Origin: an uncultured Acidobacteriota bacterium
GTDB taxonomy: Bacteria > Acidobacteriota > Vicinamibacteria > Vicinamibacterales > UBA2999
NCBI GenBank assembly: GCA_963807405.1
Contig: CAWEBU010000006.1
Span: forward strand, 615,733-679,732
DNA length: 64,000 nucleotides
Direction: 5' to 3'
A program made the translations under genes and the position numbers. Below the pieces are notes generated by a model, which worked only from the letters and a program-made list of their open reading frames with translations, did not search any database and was not told the DNA's origin. Shown here in pieces: positions 1 through 9,154 of the stretch; within the stretch, counting starts at the first letter, position 1; each line of letters begins with the position of its first letter.

Positions 1-2
1 AC

Positions 3-392
3 CGCGAGCGCGGCCCGCGCTCGCCGCTGACGGCCGACAGGCTGGCCGAGGCGTGGGCGGCCCGCGACCAACTGCGGGCCCGCTTCATCCACGAGCTGCA
101 GGGGCGGGTGCTCGTCTGCCCGGTGGCGGCGATTCCTGCCTTCCGCCATGGCGAACGGCGATGGACGGTCGACGGCCGTGAGATCGGCTACCTCGACGCG
201 ATGATCTACACGCAGTGGTTCAACATCCTGGGAGCGCCCGCCGCGGTCGTGAGCGCCGGCCACTCGCCGGAGGGGCTGCCGATCGGCGTCCAGATCGTGG
301 GGGCGCCGTTCATGGAATCCGCGGTGCTCGATGCCGCTGAAGCGATCGAGCGCGCCGTCGGCGCGCTGCCGGTACCGGCTCTCCGGGCATGA
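3..392 (+). CDS. amidase-family protein, C-terminal fragment (5' end outside window)
   Basis: Frame is open from the window edge to TGA 390-392. The tail ...EGLPIGVQIVGAPFMESAVLDAAEAIE resembles amidase-signature enzyme C-termini. The stop overlaps the next start (ATGA 389-392). Confidence 0.55.
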   Translation, partial: RERGPRSPLTADRLAEAWAARDQLRARFIHELQGRVLVCPVAAIPAFRHGERRWTVDGREIGYLDAMIYTQWFNILGAPAAVVSAGHSPEGLPIGVQIVGAPFMESAVLDAAEAIERAVGALPVPALRA

Positions 393-1711
393 GCGCGCCC
401 ACCGCGCTCAGCCGCCGCCTCACCCGCCGGGACCTCATCGTCTACGGGCTGCTGTTCATCGGTCCGCTCGCGCCCGTCGGCGTCTTCGGCGTGCTCGATG
501 CACGCACCAACGGCGCGGTCGCGCTCGTCTACGTGGCCGCCACTCTGGCGATGGCGTTCACGGCCTGGTCGTACGCCCAGATGTCGCGCGTCGTTCCGCA
601 CGCCGGATCGGTGTTTGCCTACGCCAGCCGCGGCATCGGACCCACCGCCGGCTTCTTCGCCGGCTGGCTGGCGATGCTCGACTACGTCCTCATCCCGTCG
701 GTGGCCTATCTCTTCTCGGGCATCGCCCTGCACGCGCTCGTGCCGGCGGTGCCGGCCTGGGTCTTCACGGTCGTGGCCTTCGCCGGCACGACCGCGCTGA
801 ACCTGGCCGGGGTGCGCGTGGCGGCGCGAGCCGGGCTGGTCGTGCTGGTCGCCGAGCTGATCGTGCTCGCCGTGTTCCTCGCCGCCGGCGTCGTCGTCCT
901 GGCCACGAGCGGCGGCGCGCGCCCGTGGCTGTCGCCGTTCACGAGCCTGGCCGTGCCAGACGCCTCGCTCGTGATGAACGCCGTGTCGGTGGCGGTGCTG
1001 TCGTATCTCGGCTTCGACGCCATTGCCTCCTTCGCCGAAGAGAGTGAAGGCGACGCCCGGCACGTCGGCCAGGCCATCGGCATCTGCCTGGCGGTGGCCG
1101 GCGTGGCGTTCGTGGCCCAGACCTGGATGGTGGCGGTCCTGAGCGATCAGGTGCCGGACGCCCTGGCGGCCGCGCCTGCCACCCAGGGCACGGCGTTCTA
1201 CGACGTCACACGAACCGCTGTGGGCGCCTGGCTCGCCGTGGTCCTCGCCGTGACCAAGGCCATCGGCCCGATGTTCGCCGCGATGACCGGGCAGGCCGCG
1301 GCGGCGCGCCTGCTCTACGGCATGGCGCGCGATGGCCGTCTGCCGGGCCAGCTCGCCGCGGTGGACCAGGTGCGCGGCGTGCCGCGGACGGCGCTCCTCG
1401 TCATCGGCGCGGTGACCCTCGTCGTGAGCGTCTGGGCCGCCCGCCGTCCGGATGGCCTCGGTGTGCTCGTCGCGATCGTGGACGTCGGCGCGCTCTCGGC
1501 CTTTCTGCTGCTGCACGTCTCAGTGGTCGGGTTCTTCGTGCTGCGGCGCCGCGCCGCTGCCGGCGCGCGACACACCGTCGTGCCGGCACTCGGCGCGGGC
1601 GTGATCGTCTGGGTCCTCGTCGAGGCGTCGGGCTTCGCGCAGCTGGCGGCGGCCGCGTGGCTGGCGGTCGGCATCGGCGTGTGGGTCGTCATGCGGCGGC
1701 GGCCGGCGTGA
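389..1711 (+). CDS. APC-superfamily amino acid/polyamine permease
   Basis: 440-aa ORF that is hydrophobic throughout (about 12 helices). The N-terminus RDLIVYGLLFIGPLAPVGVFG and overall pattern are typical of APC permeases. Confidence 0.85.
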   Translation: MSAPTALSRRLTRRDLIVYGLLFIGPLAPVGVFGVLDARTNGAVALVYVAATLAMAFTAWSYAQMSRVVPHAGSVFAYASRGIGPTAGFFAGWLAMLDYVLIPSVAYLFSGIALHALVPAVPAWVFTVVAFAGTTALNLAGVRVAARAGLVVLVAELIVLAVFLAAGVVVLATSGGARPWLSPFTSLAVPDASLVMNAVSVAVLSYLGFDAIASFAEESEGDARHVGQAIGICLAVAGVAFVAQTWMVAVLSDQVPDALAAAPATQGTAFYDVTRTAVGAWLAVVLAVTKAIGPMFAAMTGQAAAARLLYGMARDGRLPGQLAAVDQVRGVPRTALLVIGAVTLVVSVWAARRPDGLGVLVAIVDVGALSAFLLLHVSVVGFFVLRRRAAAGARHTVVPALGAGVIVWVLVEASGFAQLAAAAWLAVGIGVWVVMRRRPA

Positions 1712-1741
1712 CGGCCTTCTCGCTTGAAGGGCCGCGCGGGT

Positions 1742-1757
1742 TGGCACGAGTGATGCG
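1742..1757 (+). promoter_or_regulatory. candidate sigma54 -24/-12 element (TGGCACGagtgaTGCG) upstream of the L,D-transpeptidase gene
   Basis: GG-N10-GC spacing is correct and the -12 element has one mismatch to TTGCW. It would give a nearly leaderless transcript if the start is GTG 1770. Confidence 0.3.
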
Positions 1758-3437
1758 GTGATAGTCGATGTGACGATACGTCCGAGGTTCGCCTGGTGGC
1801 TGACGGTGGCGTGGCTCTCCACCTCCGCCTGCGGGCGTGAGGTCGTACCGGCTGCGCCGCCGGCCGCCGTCCAGGCGGGGCCCCAGCGCGTCGTCGCCTC
1901 GGTGACCGGCGCGGTCACCGAGGTGGCGGTGACGCTCGGCGCTTCGAGTGCGGAGGCTGTGAGCGTGGGCGCGCTCTACGACGCACGCGCGGGAGCGCTG
2001 GCGTGGGCGGCGGCCGACGGGGCGCCGCCCGGTGCGGCCGAGGCGATGCTGGCGCGGTTGCACGACGCCGCGCGCCATGCGCTCGCCCCTGCTGCCTACC
2101 TGACGCCCGCCGTGGTCAGCGCCCTCGACGGATCCGCGGGCGATGCCACCAGGCGTGATGTCGCCCTGACGCTGGCAGTGCTGCGTTACATGGGCCACCT
2201 GCATCTCGGCCGGATCGATCCGCGCAGCCTCGGCCGGCGTTTCCAGGTGCGGCCCGAGCCGCACGACTTTCCGCAACTGCTGGCCAGGGCGCTGGCCGAC
2301 GGACGTGTGGTCGAGGTCATCGACGCCCTGGCGCCACCGTTTGCCGTCTACGGTCAGCTCGTGGACGCCCTCGCACGCTATCGCGCGCTGGCGGCGCTGG
2401 CGCTCCCGGCGGTGCCCTCGGCCGTGGAGGCCGTTCGCGCCGGTGACCGCTATCCGGGCGTCCCGGCCCTGGCGCGTCGGCTGGTGGCGTTCGGCGATCT
2501 CGACTCGGCGGCTGCGTGGTCCGCCGGCAGCACCCTCTATGACGCGGCCCTGAGCACGGCGGTGGTCCGCTTCCAGACCCGCCACGGCCTCACGCCAGAC
2601 GGCGTCGTCGGCCGGCGGACGCTGGCGGCCTTGCAGGTGCCGCTGTCGGCGCGGGTCGCGCAGATCGAGTTCGCGCTCGAGCGCCTGCGGTGGCTGCCCG
2701 ATCTGGGCGACCGGCGCCTGGTGCTCGTGAACATCCCGATGTTCCGGCTGTGGGCGTGGGAAGCCGGACAGCTCGTTGCGCCGCCCGTCGTGTCGATGGA
2801 GGTCATCGTCGGCCGGGCGATGCGGAGCGAGACGCCGGTGTTCGTCGAGCAGATGGAAGAGGTCGTCTTCTGGCCGTACTGGAACGTGCCGCGGTCGATC
2901 GTGCTCGGGGAAGTGCTGCCGGCGGTGGACCGCGACCCCGGCTACCTGGCGCGCCAGCAGATGGAGATCGTGCGGGGATGGGGCGACGACGCCCCGGCGG
3001 TCGCGCCGGACGCGGCGGCGCTGACAGACCTCGCGGCCGGCCGGCTGCGCCTGCGGCAGCGGCCGGGGCCCCACAATTCGCTCGGCCTGGTGAAGTTCAT
3101 GTTCCCCAACAACGACAGTATCTACATGCACGACACGCCGGCGCCGCTGCTCTTTGCGCGTGAACGTCGCGACTTCAGCCACGGCTGCATCCGGGTCCAG
3201 GACCCGACGGCGCTGGCGGCGTGGGTGCTGGCCGGGAGAGCCGGCTGGACGAAGCCGGTCATCGAGGCGGCGATGGCCAGGAGCACGTCGCGCTCGGTGC
3301 CCGTGGCCGCACCGATCGATGTCGTGCTGTTCTACTCGACCGCCGCCGTCAGCCCCGACGACGGCGCGCTCCACTTCGCGAACGACATCTACGGGCACGA
3401 CGCCACGCTGGCGCGTGCGCTCACGCGCGCGCGGTAG
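1758..3437 (+). CDS. L,D-transpeptidase (YcbB/LdtD-like) with peptidoglycan-binding domain
   Basis: PG_binding_1-like RFQTRHGLTPDGVVGRRTLAAL, then the YkuD catalytic motif RDFSHGCIRV. The true start may be GTG 1770 (lipoprotein-like ...WLSTSAC). Confidence 0.85.
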   Translation: MIVDVTIRPRFAWWLTVAWLSTSACGREVVPAAPPAAVQAGPQRVVASVTGAVTEVAVTLGASSAEAVSVGALYDARAGALAWAAADGAPPGAAEAMLARLHDAARHALAPAAYLTPAVVSALDGSAGDATRRDVALTLAVLRYMGHLHLGRIDPRSLGRRFQVRPEPHDFPQLLARALADGRVVEVIDALAPPFAVYGQLVDALARYRALAALALPAVPSAVEAVRAGDRYPGVPALARRLVAFGDLDSAAAWSAGSTLYDAALSTAVVRFQTRHGLTPDGVVGRRTLAALQVPLSARVAQIEFALERLRWLPDLGDRRLVLVNIPMFRLWAWEAGQLVAPPVVSMEVIVGRAMRSETPVFVEQMEEVVFWPYWNVPRSIVLGEVLPAVDRDPGYLARQQMEIVRGWGDDAPAVAPDAAALTDLAAGRLRLRQRPGPHNSLGLVKFMFPNNDSIYMHDTPAPLLFARERRDFSHGCIRVQDPTALAAWVLAGRAGWTKPVIEAAMARSTSRSVPVAAPIDVVLFYSTAAVSPDDGALHFANDIYGHDATLARALTRAR

Positions 3438-3458
3438 CCGGGCGCGCGGAGCGCGGTG

Positions 3459-3998
3459 TTACCAGCGCCGGACGCGGCCGGTGTCGATGTGTACGAAGTT
3501 CGACGCGGGGTAGTAGCCGACGCCGCCGCCCTGCACGTCGAGGGCGGCCGCACGCAAAGTCGCCAGCGGCACACCGGCCACCCGGACATCGATCGCCTGA
3601 CCGACCATGTGGAGGCTGCGCGCGGCGACACCGCCGCTGCGCTCGCGCAGCGCGGCATTGGTGTGCGGCGAGCGGTAGCCGGAGATGACCTCGAACGCGT
3701 GGCGGGTATCGAGACGCCGCGCGATCTGGTGGAGAAGATCGATCAGGCCCGGATCGATGGGATGGATGTCGCCGGTGCGGAAGTCGCGGAGCAGCCGGTT
3801 CACCGCGCTCAGTGCCTCGGGTAGGTAGCGCTCGCCCTCGGCGTACTCGATGGTGAGTGCCTCGCCTGTGTGGAGGTGCCGGAAGCCGATCGCGCGCGGC
3901 ACCGCGGCGTGGGCCCGCGCCGGGCGGAACGCCAGGGCGCCGCCGGCAATCACGAAAGACTTGAGGAAACGTCGGCGGTTCTGGCGCGGGAACGACAA
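3459..3998 (-). CDS. DUF882 / peptidase M15A family protein (YcbK/MepK-like), Tat signal
   Basis: Has the Tat-type signal RRRFLKSFVIAGGALAF. Also has YRSPHTNAAL...SLHMVGQAIDVRV...NFVHIDTG, typical of DUF882 zinc peptidases. Confidence 0.85.
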   Translation of the reverse strand: MSFPRQNRRRFLKSFVIAGGALAFRPARAHAAVPRAIGFRHLHTGEALTIEYAEGERYLPEALSAVNRLLRDFRTGDIHPIDPGLIDLLHQIARRLDTRHAFEVISGYRSPHTNAALRERSGGVAARSLHMVGQAIDVRVAGVPLATLRAAALDVQGGGVGYYPASNFVHIDTGRVRRW

Positions 3999-4082
3999 GG
4001 TTCCCAGTCTGCCACGGCATCCGCCGCACCGGCAACGCCGCCGGATCCCCGCACCTCACGGCTGGGCCGGGGCCTCTCTCCC

Positions 4083-4214
4083 TCAGGTCCCGCGATTGCC
4101 GGGCCACCAGCTCGGGCGATTCTCGCGCAGCCAGTGAACGCCCCAGGCGCCGATCGACGCGCCAGCGATGGCCCCGAAGAAGGCCATGACGACTACTTGC
4201 GTATCGAGTTCCAT
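4083..4214 (-). CDS. small single-pass membrane protein (43 aa), hypothetical
   Basis: Not in the ORF track because it is under 60 aa. ATG 4214 is preceded by AAGGAGAG. Translation: MELDTQVVVMAFFGAIAGASIGAWGVHWLRENRPSWWPGNRGT, with one hydrophobic helix. Lies directly upstream of the DUF882 gene on the same strand. Confidence 0.4.
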   Translation of the reverse strand: MELDTQVVVMAFFGAIAGASIGAWGVHWLRENRPSWWPGNRGT

Positions 4215-4487
4215 ACCGCTCTCCTTGTGGGCGACGGGGGACGTCCGGTGGCCGTCTGGCCAAGCGCCGCCACCACGTCAGGTGGGAGCAAGCCTCGCGC
4301 CAGCGGCAATGGCACACAGGGTGGACCGCGTGAGCCGTCGTTCCCCCGGAGTGGTGATGAACTCGCAGTCGCGCGAAGAATCCGGCGGGCACGTGGCCTC
4401 GGCCCGCGCAGTCCGCCCCGTTCATTCGCCACCGCAGACGTTCCGCGGCTGTGGCACGGGACGTGGATAGGACCGCCGGGGGGCCGC

Positions 4488-5249
4488 ATGATTCGTGACC
4501 GAAAATGGATGGCAGCACTGGTGGTGACAGGCGTCTTTCTGGCGGCGGACGGCCAGGCACAGACGCAGAGCCGCTGCGCCGATTGTCACTTCGCCAATCC
4601 GGGCTCGGTGTCGCCCGGTCACTTGTCGGAGTGGGATCTCTCGAGCCACGGCCGCCAGAACGTGGGCTGCGAAACCTGCCACGGCGGCGATCCGCGATCC
4701 TTCGAGCCGTTCGTCGCCCACCAGGGCATCCTGGCGCGCACGAATCCGGCCAGTCCCGTGCATCCAACCAATCTGCCGAAGACCTGCGGTGCGTGTCACA
4801 CGGGCCCGTTCCTGGCGTTCCAGCGCAGCAAGCACTACGAGCTGCTGCGGGCGGGCGACAGGAGCGCTCCGACCTGCGCGACCTGCCACGGCGAGGCCGC
4901 CGCGTTCCGGCTGTCGCCGAAAGCCCTCGAAGCGCAGTGCGCGTCCTGTCACGGTGCCGGCAAGATCGCCCCGCGTCCCGAGTACGCGGCGCAGGCGCGC
5001 ATGGCCGATGAAGGCCTGCGCGAGGCGCGCGCGCTGCTCAAGGACGCGCGCAACGCCATCGGGCGGGTGAAGGACACGGCGCGACGGGCGTCGCTCGAGC
5101 AGGCCGCGCAGCAGGCCGAAGTGCCGATCATCGAAGCCACGCAGGCCGGCCATCAGTTCGTCTTCGACCAGCTCGCGGAGCGGCTGAACACCGCGCGCGC
5201 CCGTCTGGCCGCGCTCTTCGAGCGCCTCGCCAACCCCGACGTGCCATAG
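4488..5249 (+). CDS. pentaheme c-type cytochrome, exported
   Basis: Start placed at ATG 4488 (signal peptide MIRDRKWMAALVVTGVFLAA). Five CXXCH motifs: CADCH, CETCH, CGACH, CATCH, CASCH. The 3870-4487 part of the track ORF is Arg/Pro-rich and looks non-coding. Confidence 0.75.
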   Translation: MIRDRKWMAALVVTGVFLAADGQAQTQSRCADCHFANPGSVSPGHLSEWDLSSHGRQNVGCETCHGGDPRSFEPFVAHQGILARTNPASPVHPTNLPKTCGACHTGPFLAFQRSKHYELLRAGDRSAPTCATCHGEAAAFRLSPKALEAQCASCHGAGKIAPRPEYAAQARMADEGLREARALLKDARNAIGRVKDTARRASLEQAAQQAEVPIIEATQAGHQFVFDQLAERLNTARARLAALFERLANPDVP

Positions 5250-5339
5250 CATGCCGCCGACGCCGGGACGCTGACGGCCGGGCCGTTCCCGCTCGACCGC
5301 CTTCGCGCATGCGGCGATGGCGGGTCGTTCAGGCGCGGG

Positions 5340-6278
5340 TCAGACCGGCACGCTGGCCGGGGCGGTTTCCGTGCGGCGGCGGTCGGTCACCTTCGGGTGC
5401 ACCGCCATCACCGGACAGCCGGCGCGGCGGATGACGTCATTGGTCGTCGAGCCGAAGGCCATCAGGTCGATGGCGCCGCGGCCGCGCACGCCCATCACGA
5501 CGACGTCGGCCCGGCCTTCCTGTGCCGCTTCGAGGATGCACTGGCTGGGCTTCCCGAAGGCGACGTGCTCCTTGATATGGCACCACTCGCGCACCTCCGG
5601 CGACACCGCGGCGGCCAGCGTCTCCCGGGCGTGCGTCTCACCCAGCCGGCGATACTCGCCGGTGTCGAGCGCGCCGAACTCGCCCGAGGCCGGCACCGGC
5701 TCGACGACGTAGAGCAGCGTGACCTGGCCGTCGGTCTCCCGCGCCAGTGACAGGGCGAAGGTCAAGGCGTCGGCCGATGCGGCCGAACCATCGACCGGGC
5801 ACAGAATCCGCGAGAAGAGCACGCTCGTCTCCGGATGCGCCGCCGGCGGCACGACCATCACCGGGCAGGGCGCGCGCCGCACCACTTTCTCGGCGACCGA
5901 CCCGAGCAGCAGGTGCTCGACGCCGCCCCGGCCATGCGTGCCGATGACGAGCAGGTCGGCCTCCTGCTCCTCGGCCGCTGCCAGGATCTCCCGTGCGGCG
6001 TGGCCGCCTCGGATCGCCGTCTCGGTGACGACGCCCGTGGCGCGGGCGCGGTCGCGGGCAGCCGCCAGGTCGAGCTGCGCCTGCTCGCGCTGCTCCTCGA
6101 ACAGCCGCACGTCGACGGGGATCTCGCCGTAGGGCGCCATGATCGGCATCGGCGGATCGATGTGCAGCAGGTGCAGCGTGGCGTCGAAGTGGCCGGCCAG
6201 GGCCGTGGCGTAGACCTCGGCCTTGGTCGAGACCTCTGAGAAATCGGTCGGACAGAGGATGCGAGAAAGGCTCAACAT
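5340..6278 (-). CDS. universal stress protein, tandem UspA domains
   Basis: ATG 6278 is preceded by AGGAGG. There are two USP domains, each with a G-x2-G-x9-G-S/T motif (VIGTHGRGGVEHLLLGSVAEKV; VMGVRGRGAIDLMAFGSTTNDV). Confidence 0.85.
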   Translation of the reverse strand: MLSLSRILCPTDFSEVSTKAEVYATALAGHFDATLHLLHIDPPMPIMAPYGEIPVDVRLFEEQREQAQLDLAAARDRARATGVVTETAIRGGHAAREILAAAEEQEADLLVIGTHGRGGVEHLLLGSVAEKVVRRAPCPVMVVPPAAHPETSVLFSRILCPVDGSAASADALTFALSLARETDGQVTLLYVVEPVPASGEFGALDTGEYRRLGETHARETLAAAVSPEVREWCHIKEHVAFGKPSQCILEAAQEGRADVVVMGVRGRGAIDLMAFGSTTNDVIRRAGCPVMAVHPKVTDRRRTETAPASVPV

Positions 6279-6324
6279 GCGCCGACCTCCTGTGTGCCCA
6301 CGACTCTGGGGCCACCTCGTACCG

Positions 6325-6340
6325 AGCAACGGCCGTGCCG
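6325..6340 (-). promoter_or_regulatory. sigma54 -24/-12 promoter (CGGCACGgccgTTGCT) for the USP gene
   Basis: The minus-strand sequence matches TGGCACG-N4-TTGCW except at the first base. The GC of -12 lies about 45 nt upstream of ATG 6278. A sigma54 activator gene is immediately upstream. Confidence 0.55.
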
Positions 6341-6411
6341 GGTGCCGCGCCGGCCATTCTCCGGCCCGGCGCGTGTCACTCGACGGCCGCGGGTAGTTGT
6401 CCGCGTGGGGA

Positions 6412-6427
6412 TGCGGATTCCTCCGCA
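6412..6427. promoter_or_regulatory. palindrome TGCGGA-N4-TCCGCA, candidate enhancer (UAS) for the sigma54 promoter
   Basis: Perfect 6-bp inverted repeat about 75-90 bp upstream of the -24 element, which is the usual distance for enhancer-binding-protein sites. Confidence 0.3.
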
Positions 6428-6455
6428 CGGCGGTGGCAATCCACCCGCCAGCGGT

Positions 6456-7844
6456 CTAGGCCGGTTTGTCGTCGCCCGTCGTACGTCCGTGCTTGTCGAG
6501 ACCGAACTTCTCGAGCCGATAGCGGATCTGATCGCGGTTCATGCCGAGCAGCTGCGCCGCGTGCGTCTGGTTGCCGTGGGCCCGCTGCAGCGCCTGCGCC
6601 ACGAGATCCCGCTCCAGCACTTCGAGGTTCACGCCGTCGGCCGGGAGCGTGAAGCCCGAGGTGATGGGCGTGGCGGCGGCCAGCATCGAGAAGTGCTCCG
6701 GGCCGAGCACTTCGCTCTCGGTGAGCAGCATGGCGCGTTCGACGGCGTTGCGCAGCTCGCGGACGTTGCCTGGCCAATGGTAGGCATCGAGCGCCTTGAG
6801 CGCCGCCGGCGTCACGCTCTTCACGTTCTTCCTGAACTCGCCGTTGAAGAGCCGCACGAAGTGGTCGACCAGCAGCGCCACGTCGCCGGTCCGCTCGCGC
6901 AGCGGCGGCAGCGTGATCGGCATGACGCCCAGGCGGTAGTAGAGGTCCTCGCGGAACTTGCCGTCACGCACCGACTGCGTGAGGTTGCGGTGGGTGGCGG
7001 CGATGACGCGCACGTCGACCTTGAGATCGTTGAGCCCGCCGACGCGCTTGAACGTCTTCTCCTCGAGGAACCGCAGCAGCTTGGCCTGCAGCGCCGGACT
7101 CATCTCGCCGATTTCGTCGAGGAAGATGGTGCCGCCGGAGGCCGTCTCGAACAGGCCGCGCTTCTGCATCCGGGCATCGGTGAACGCGCCGCGCTCGTGT
7201 CCGAAGAGCTCGCTCTCGAGGAGATGCTCGGGCAGCGCCGAGCAGGTGATGTTCAGGAACGGCCGCGCGGCCCGGTCGCTGTTGTAGTGAATGGCCTTGG
7301 CCGCCAGATCCTTGCCGGTGCCGGTTTCACCCTGCAGCAGCACGGTCGAGGCCGGACTGGCGGCCACCTTGGCCATGACGGCCTTGACGGCGGCGATGGC
7401 GGGCGAGCCGCCGATGACACGATCGAAAGCGTGCGGCTCGCGTTCGCGCGCCCGCAGCGCCTTCACCTCGCGGCGCAGCTGACTGGTCTCGAGCGCCTTG
7501 CCGATCGAAATCAGGAGCTGTTCGAACTCGAAGGGCTTCTTCGCGTAGTCGTAGGCGCCCTGCTTGATGGCTTCGACCGCCGTCTGGATGGTGGCGAAGG
7601 CGGTCAGCAGGATCACCGGCACGGTCGGCTGCAGTTCCTTCAGTTGGCGCAGTACCTGCAAGCCATCGGTGTCGGGGAGCTTGAAATCGAGCAAGACCAG
7701 GTCGATGGTGTCCCCGAAGGCCGCCACGGCCTCGGCACCGGACCCGGCTTCGACCACGTCGAAGCCGTTCGCCATCAGCTGCTCGCGGAGCGTCCAGCGA
7801 ATCAGCTGTTCGTCGTCGACCACCAGGATGGTTGCGGCAGGCAT
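6456..7844 (-). CDS. sigma54-dependent response regulator (NtrC family enhancer-binding protein)
   Basis: Start at ATG 7844 (MPAATILVVDDEQ, receiver domain). AAA+ Walker A GETGTGKD. GAFTGA-loop variant ELFGHERGAFTDA. C-terminal Fis-type HTH (HAAQLLGMNRDQIRYRLEKFGL). Confidence 0.9.
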   Translation of the reverse strand: MPAATILVVDDEQLIRWTLREQLMANGFDVVEAGSGAEAVAAFGDTIDLVLLDFKLPDTDGLQVLRQLKELQPTVPVILLTAFATIQTAVEAIKQGAYDYAKKPFEFEQLLISIGKALETSQLRREVKALRAREREPHAFDRVIGGSPAIAAVKAVMAKVAASPASTVLLQGETGTGKDLAAKAIHYNSDRAARPFLNITCSALPEHLLESELFGHERGAFTDARMQKRGLFETASGGTIFLDEIGEMSPALQAKLLRFLEEKTFKRVGGLNDLKVDVRVIAATHRNLTQSVRDGKFREDLYYRLGVMPITLPPLRERTGDVALLVDHFVRLFNGEFRKNVKSVTPAALKALDAYHWPGNVRELRNAVERAMLLTESEVLGPEHFSMLAAATPITSGFTLPADGVNLEVLERDLVAQALQRAHGNQTHAAQLLGMNRDQIRYRLEKFGLDKHGRTTGDDKPA

Positions 7845-7926
7845 CCGGGGCAGTATAGCGGTCTGCCCGCTGCCGCCGACGGGGAGGTAGACTTCCGGGC
7901 GCCGTGCTCTCCCGAAGGGCTGATTC

Positions 7927-9024
7927 GTGACCGACCGCACCCCTGACCGCGACGAAGAGGATCTGGACCAGACGCTGGCCCTTTACAAGGCCGTGGTCGA
8001 GACCATCGTCGACGGCATCGTCGTCATCAGTGCCGGTGGGCGCATGGCGTGGTCGAACCGCGCCGCGCAGAGGATGTTTGGCTACGCCGCCAGCGAACTC
8101 GTGGGCCGCAACGTCTCGATGCTGATGCCACCGCACGATTCGAGTCACCACGACGGCTATCTGAGCCGCTATCTGGAGACGGGTGAGCGCCGCATCATCG
8201 GCATCGGACGCGAGGTGCGGGGACGGCGCAAGGACGGCAGCGATTTTCCGCTCTACCTGGCGGTCGGCGAGACGACCGTCGACGGCGAGCGCAAGTTCAC
8301 CGGGATTCTGCGTGACCTGTCGGAGCAGAAGGGCCTGGAGCGGCTGCTGCAGGAACGCCAGATCCTGGCGCGCATCGGCGAACTGACGGCCATCGTGGCG
8401 CACGAGGTGCGCAATCCGCTGGCGGCGATCCGCGGCGTGGTGGAGGTGATCCAGACGCGCTTTCCGCCTGAATCGGCCGACCGCAAGGTGCTCGGTGACC
8501 TGCTGGCCCGCGTCGGCTCTCTGGATGAGCTGGTCGGCGATCTGCTGGTCTACGCCCGGCCGGCGCCGCCCACCTTCGGCAGGACGTCCGTGCTGGCGCT
8601 GGTGCGCGAGACGACCGCCCTGCTCGACAACGCTCCCTCCTCCTCGCCCCTGCACTTCGAGGTCAGCGGCGACGAGTCCGACCTGTGGCTCGACGCCGCC
8701 CAGATGAGCCGCGCCGTGCTCAATCTGGTGACCAACGCCGCGCAGGCGATGCGCCATCAGGGCGTGGTGCGCGTGACCGGCCAGCAGGCGGGTGACCGCT
8801 ATCAGTTGCGGATCATCGATGGCGGCCCCGGGATGTCCGATGACGTCCGGGCCCGGTGCCTCGAGCCGTTCTTCACGACCAAGACCCGCGGCACCGGCCT
8901 CGGCCTGTCGATTGCCCGGCGCATCGTGGAGGAGCACGGCGGCCGCTTCACCATCGCCAGCCGGCTCGGGACCGGAACGGAAGTGACGATCGACCTGCCG
9001 ACCGCGGCGCGTGAAAGCGCCTGA
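7927..9024 (+). CDS. soluble PAS sensor histidine kinase, FixL-type heme-PAS
   Basis: No TM segment. The PAS segment [42 protein letters not shown] closely resembles the FixL heme pocket ([41 protein letters not shown], recalled from memory). H-box [11 protein letters not shown]. G-boxes DGGPGM and GTGLGLSIA. Confidence 0.85.
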   Translation: [365 protein letters not shown]

Positions 9025-9154
9025 CCGGCCTGCGAAGTTTTTCCCGGCGACGGCGTGGCGCTCGACCTCTGCCCTGGAGATCGCTGGCCGGCGCGGCTAC
9101 CGCCGTGGTACGCGTTTCGCACTCCTCCCTGCGAATCGTGGGGTGGAGGACAAC

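Noticed and set aside
1689-3398. Long antisense or shadow ORFs (for example 206-1516, 1689-3398, 3421-4767, 6294-7946, 7327-8937, 9876-11339, 12914-14065, 17459-19660, 27500-28471, 28227-30050, 53734-55749, 56833-58887, 59419-61497)
   Set aside because: They overlap confidently assigned genes on the other strand or in another frame. They have extreme Arg/Gly/Pro/His content and match no recognisable motifs.
3870-4487. N-terminal 206 aa of the 459-aa ORF containing the cytochrome
   Set aside because: This part is rich in Arg, Pro and Gly and has no motifs. A proper signal peptide begins at ATG 4488. The region also contains the minus-strand mini-ORF and promoter-like motifs.
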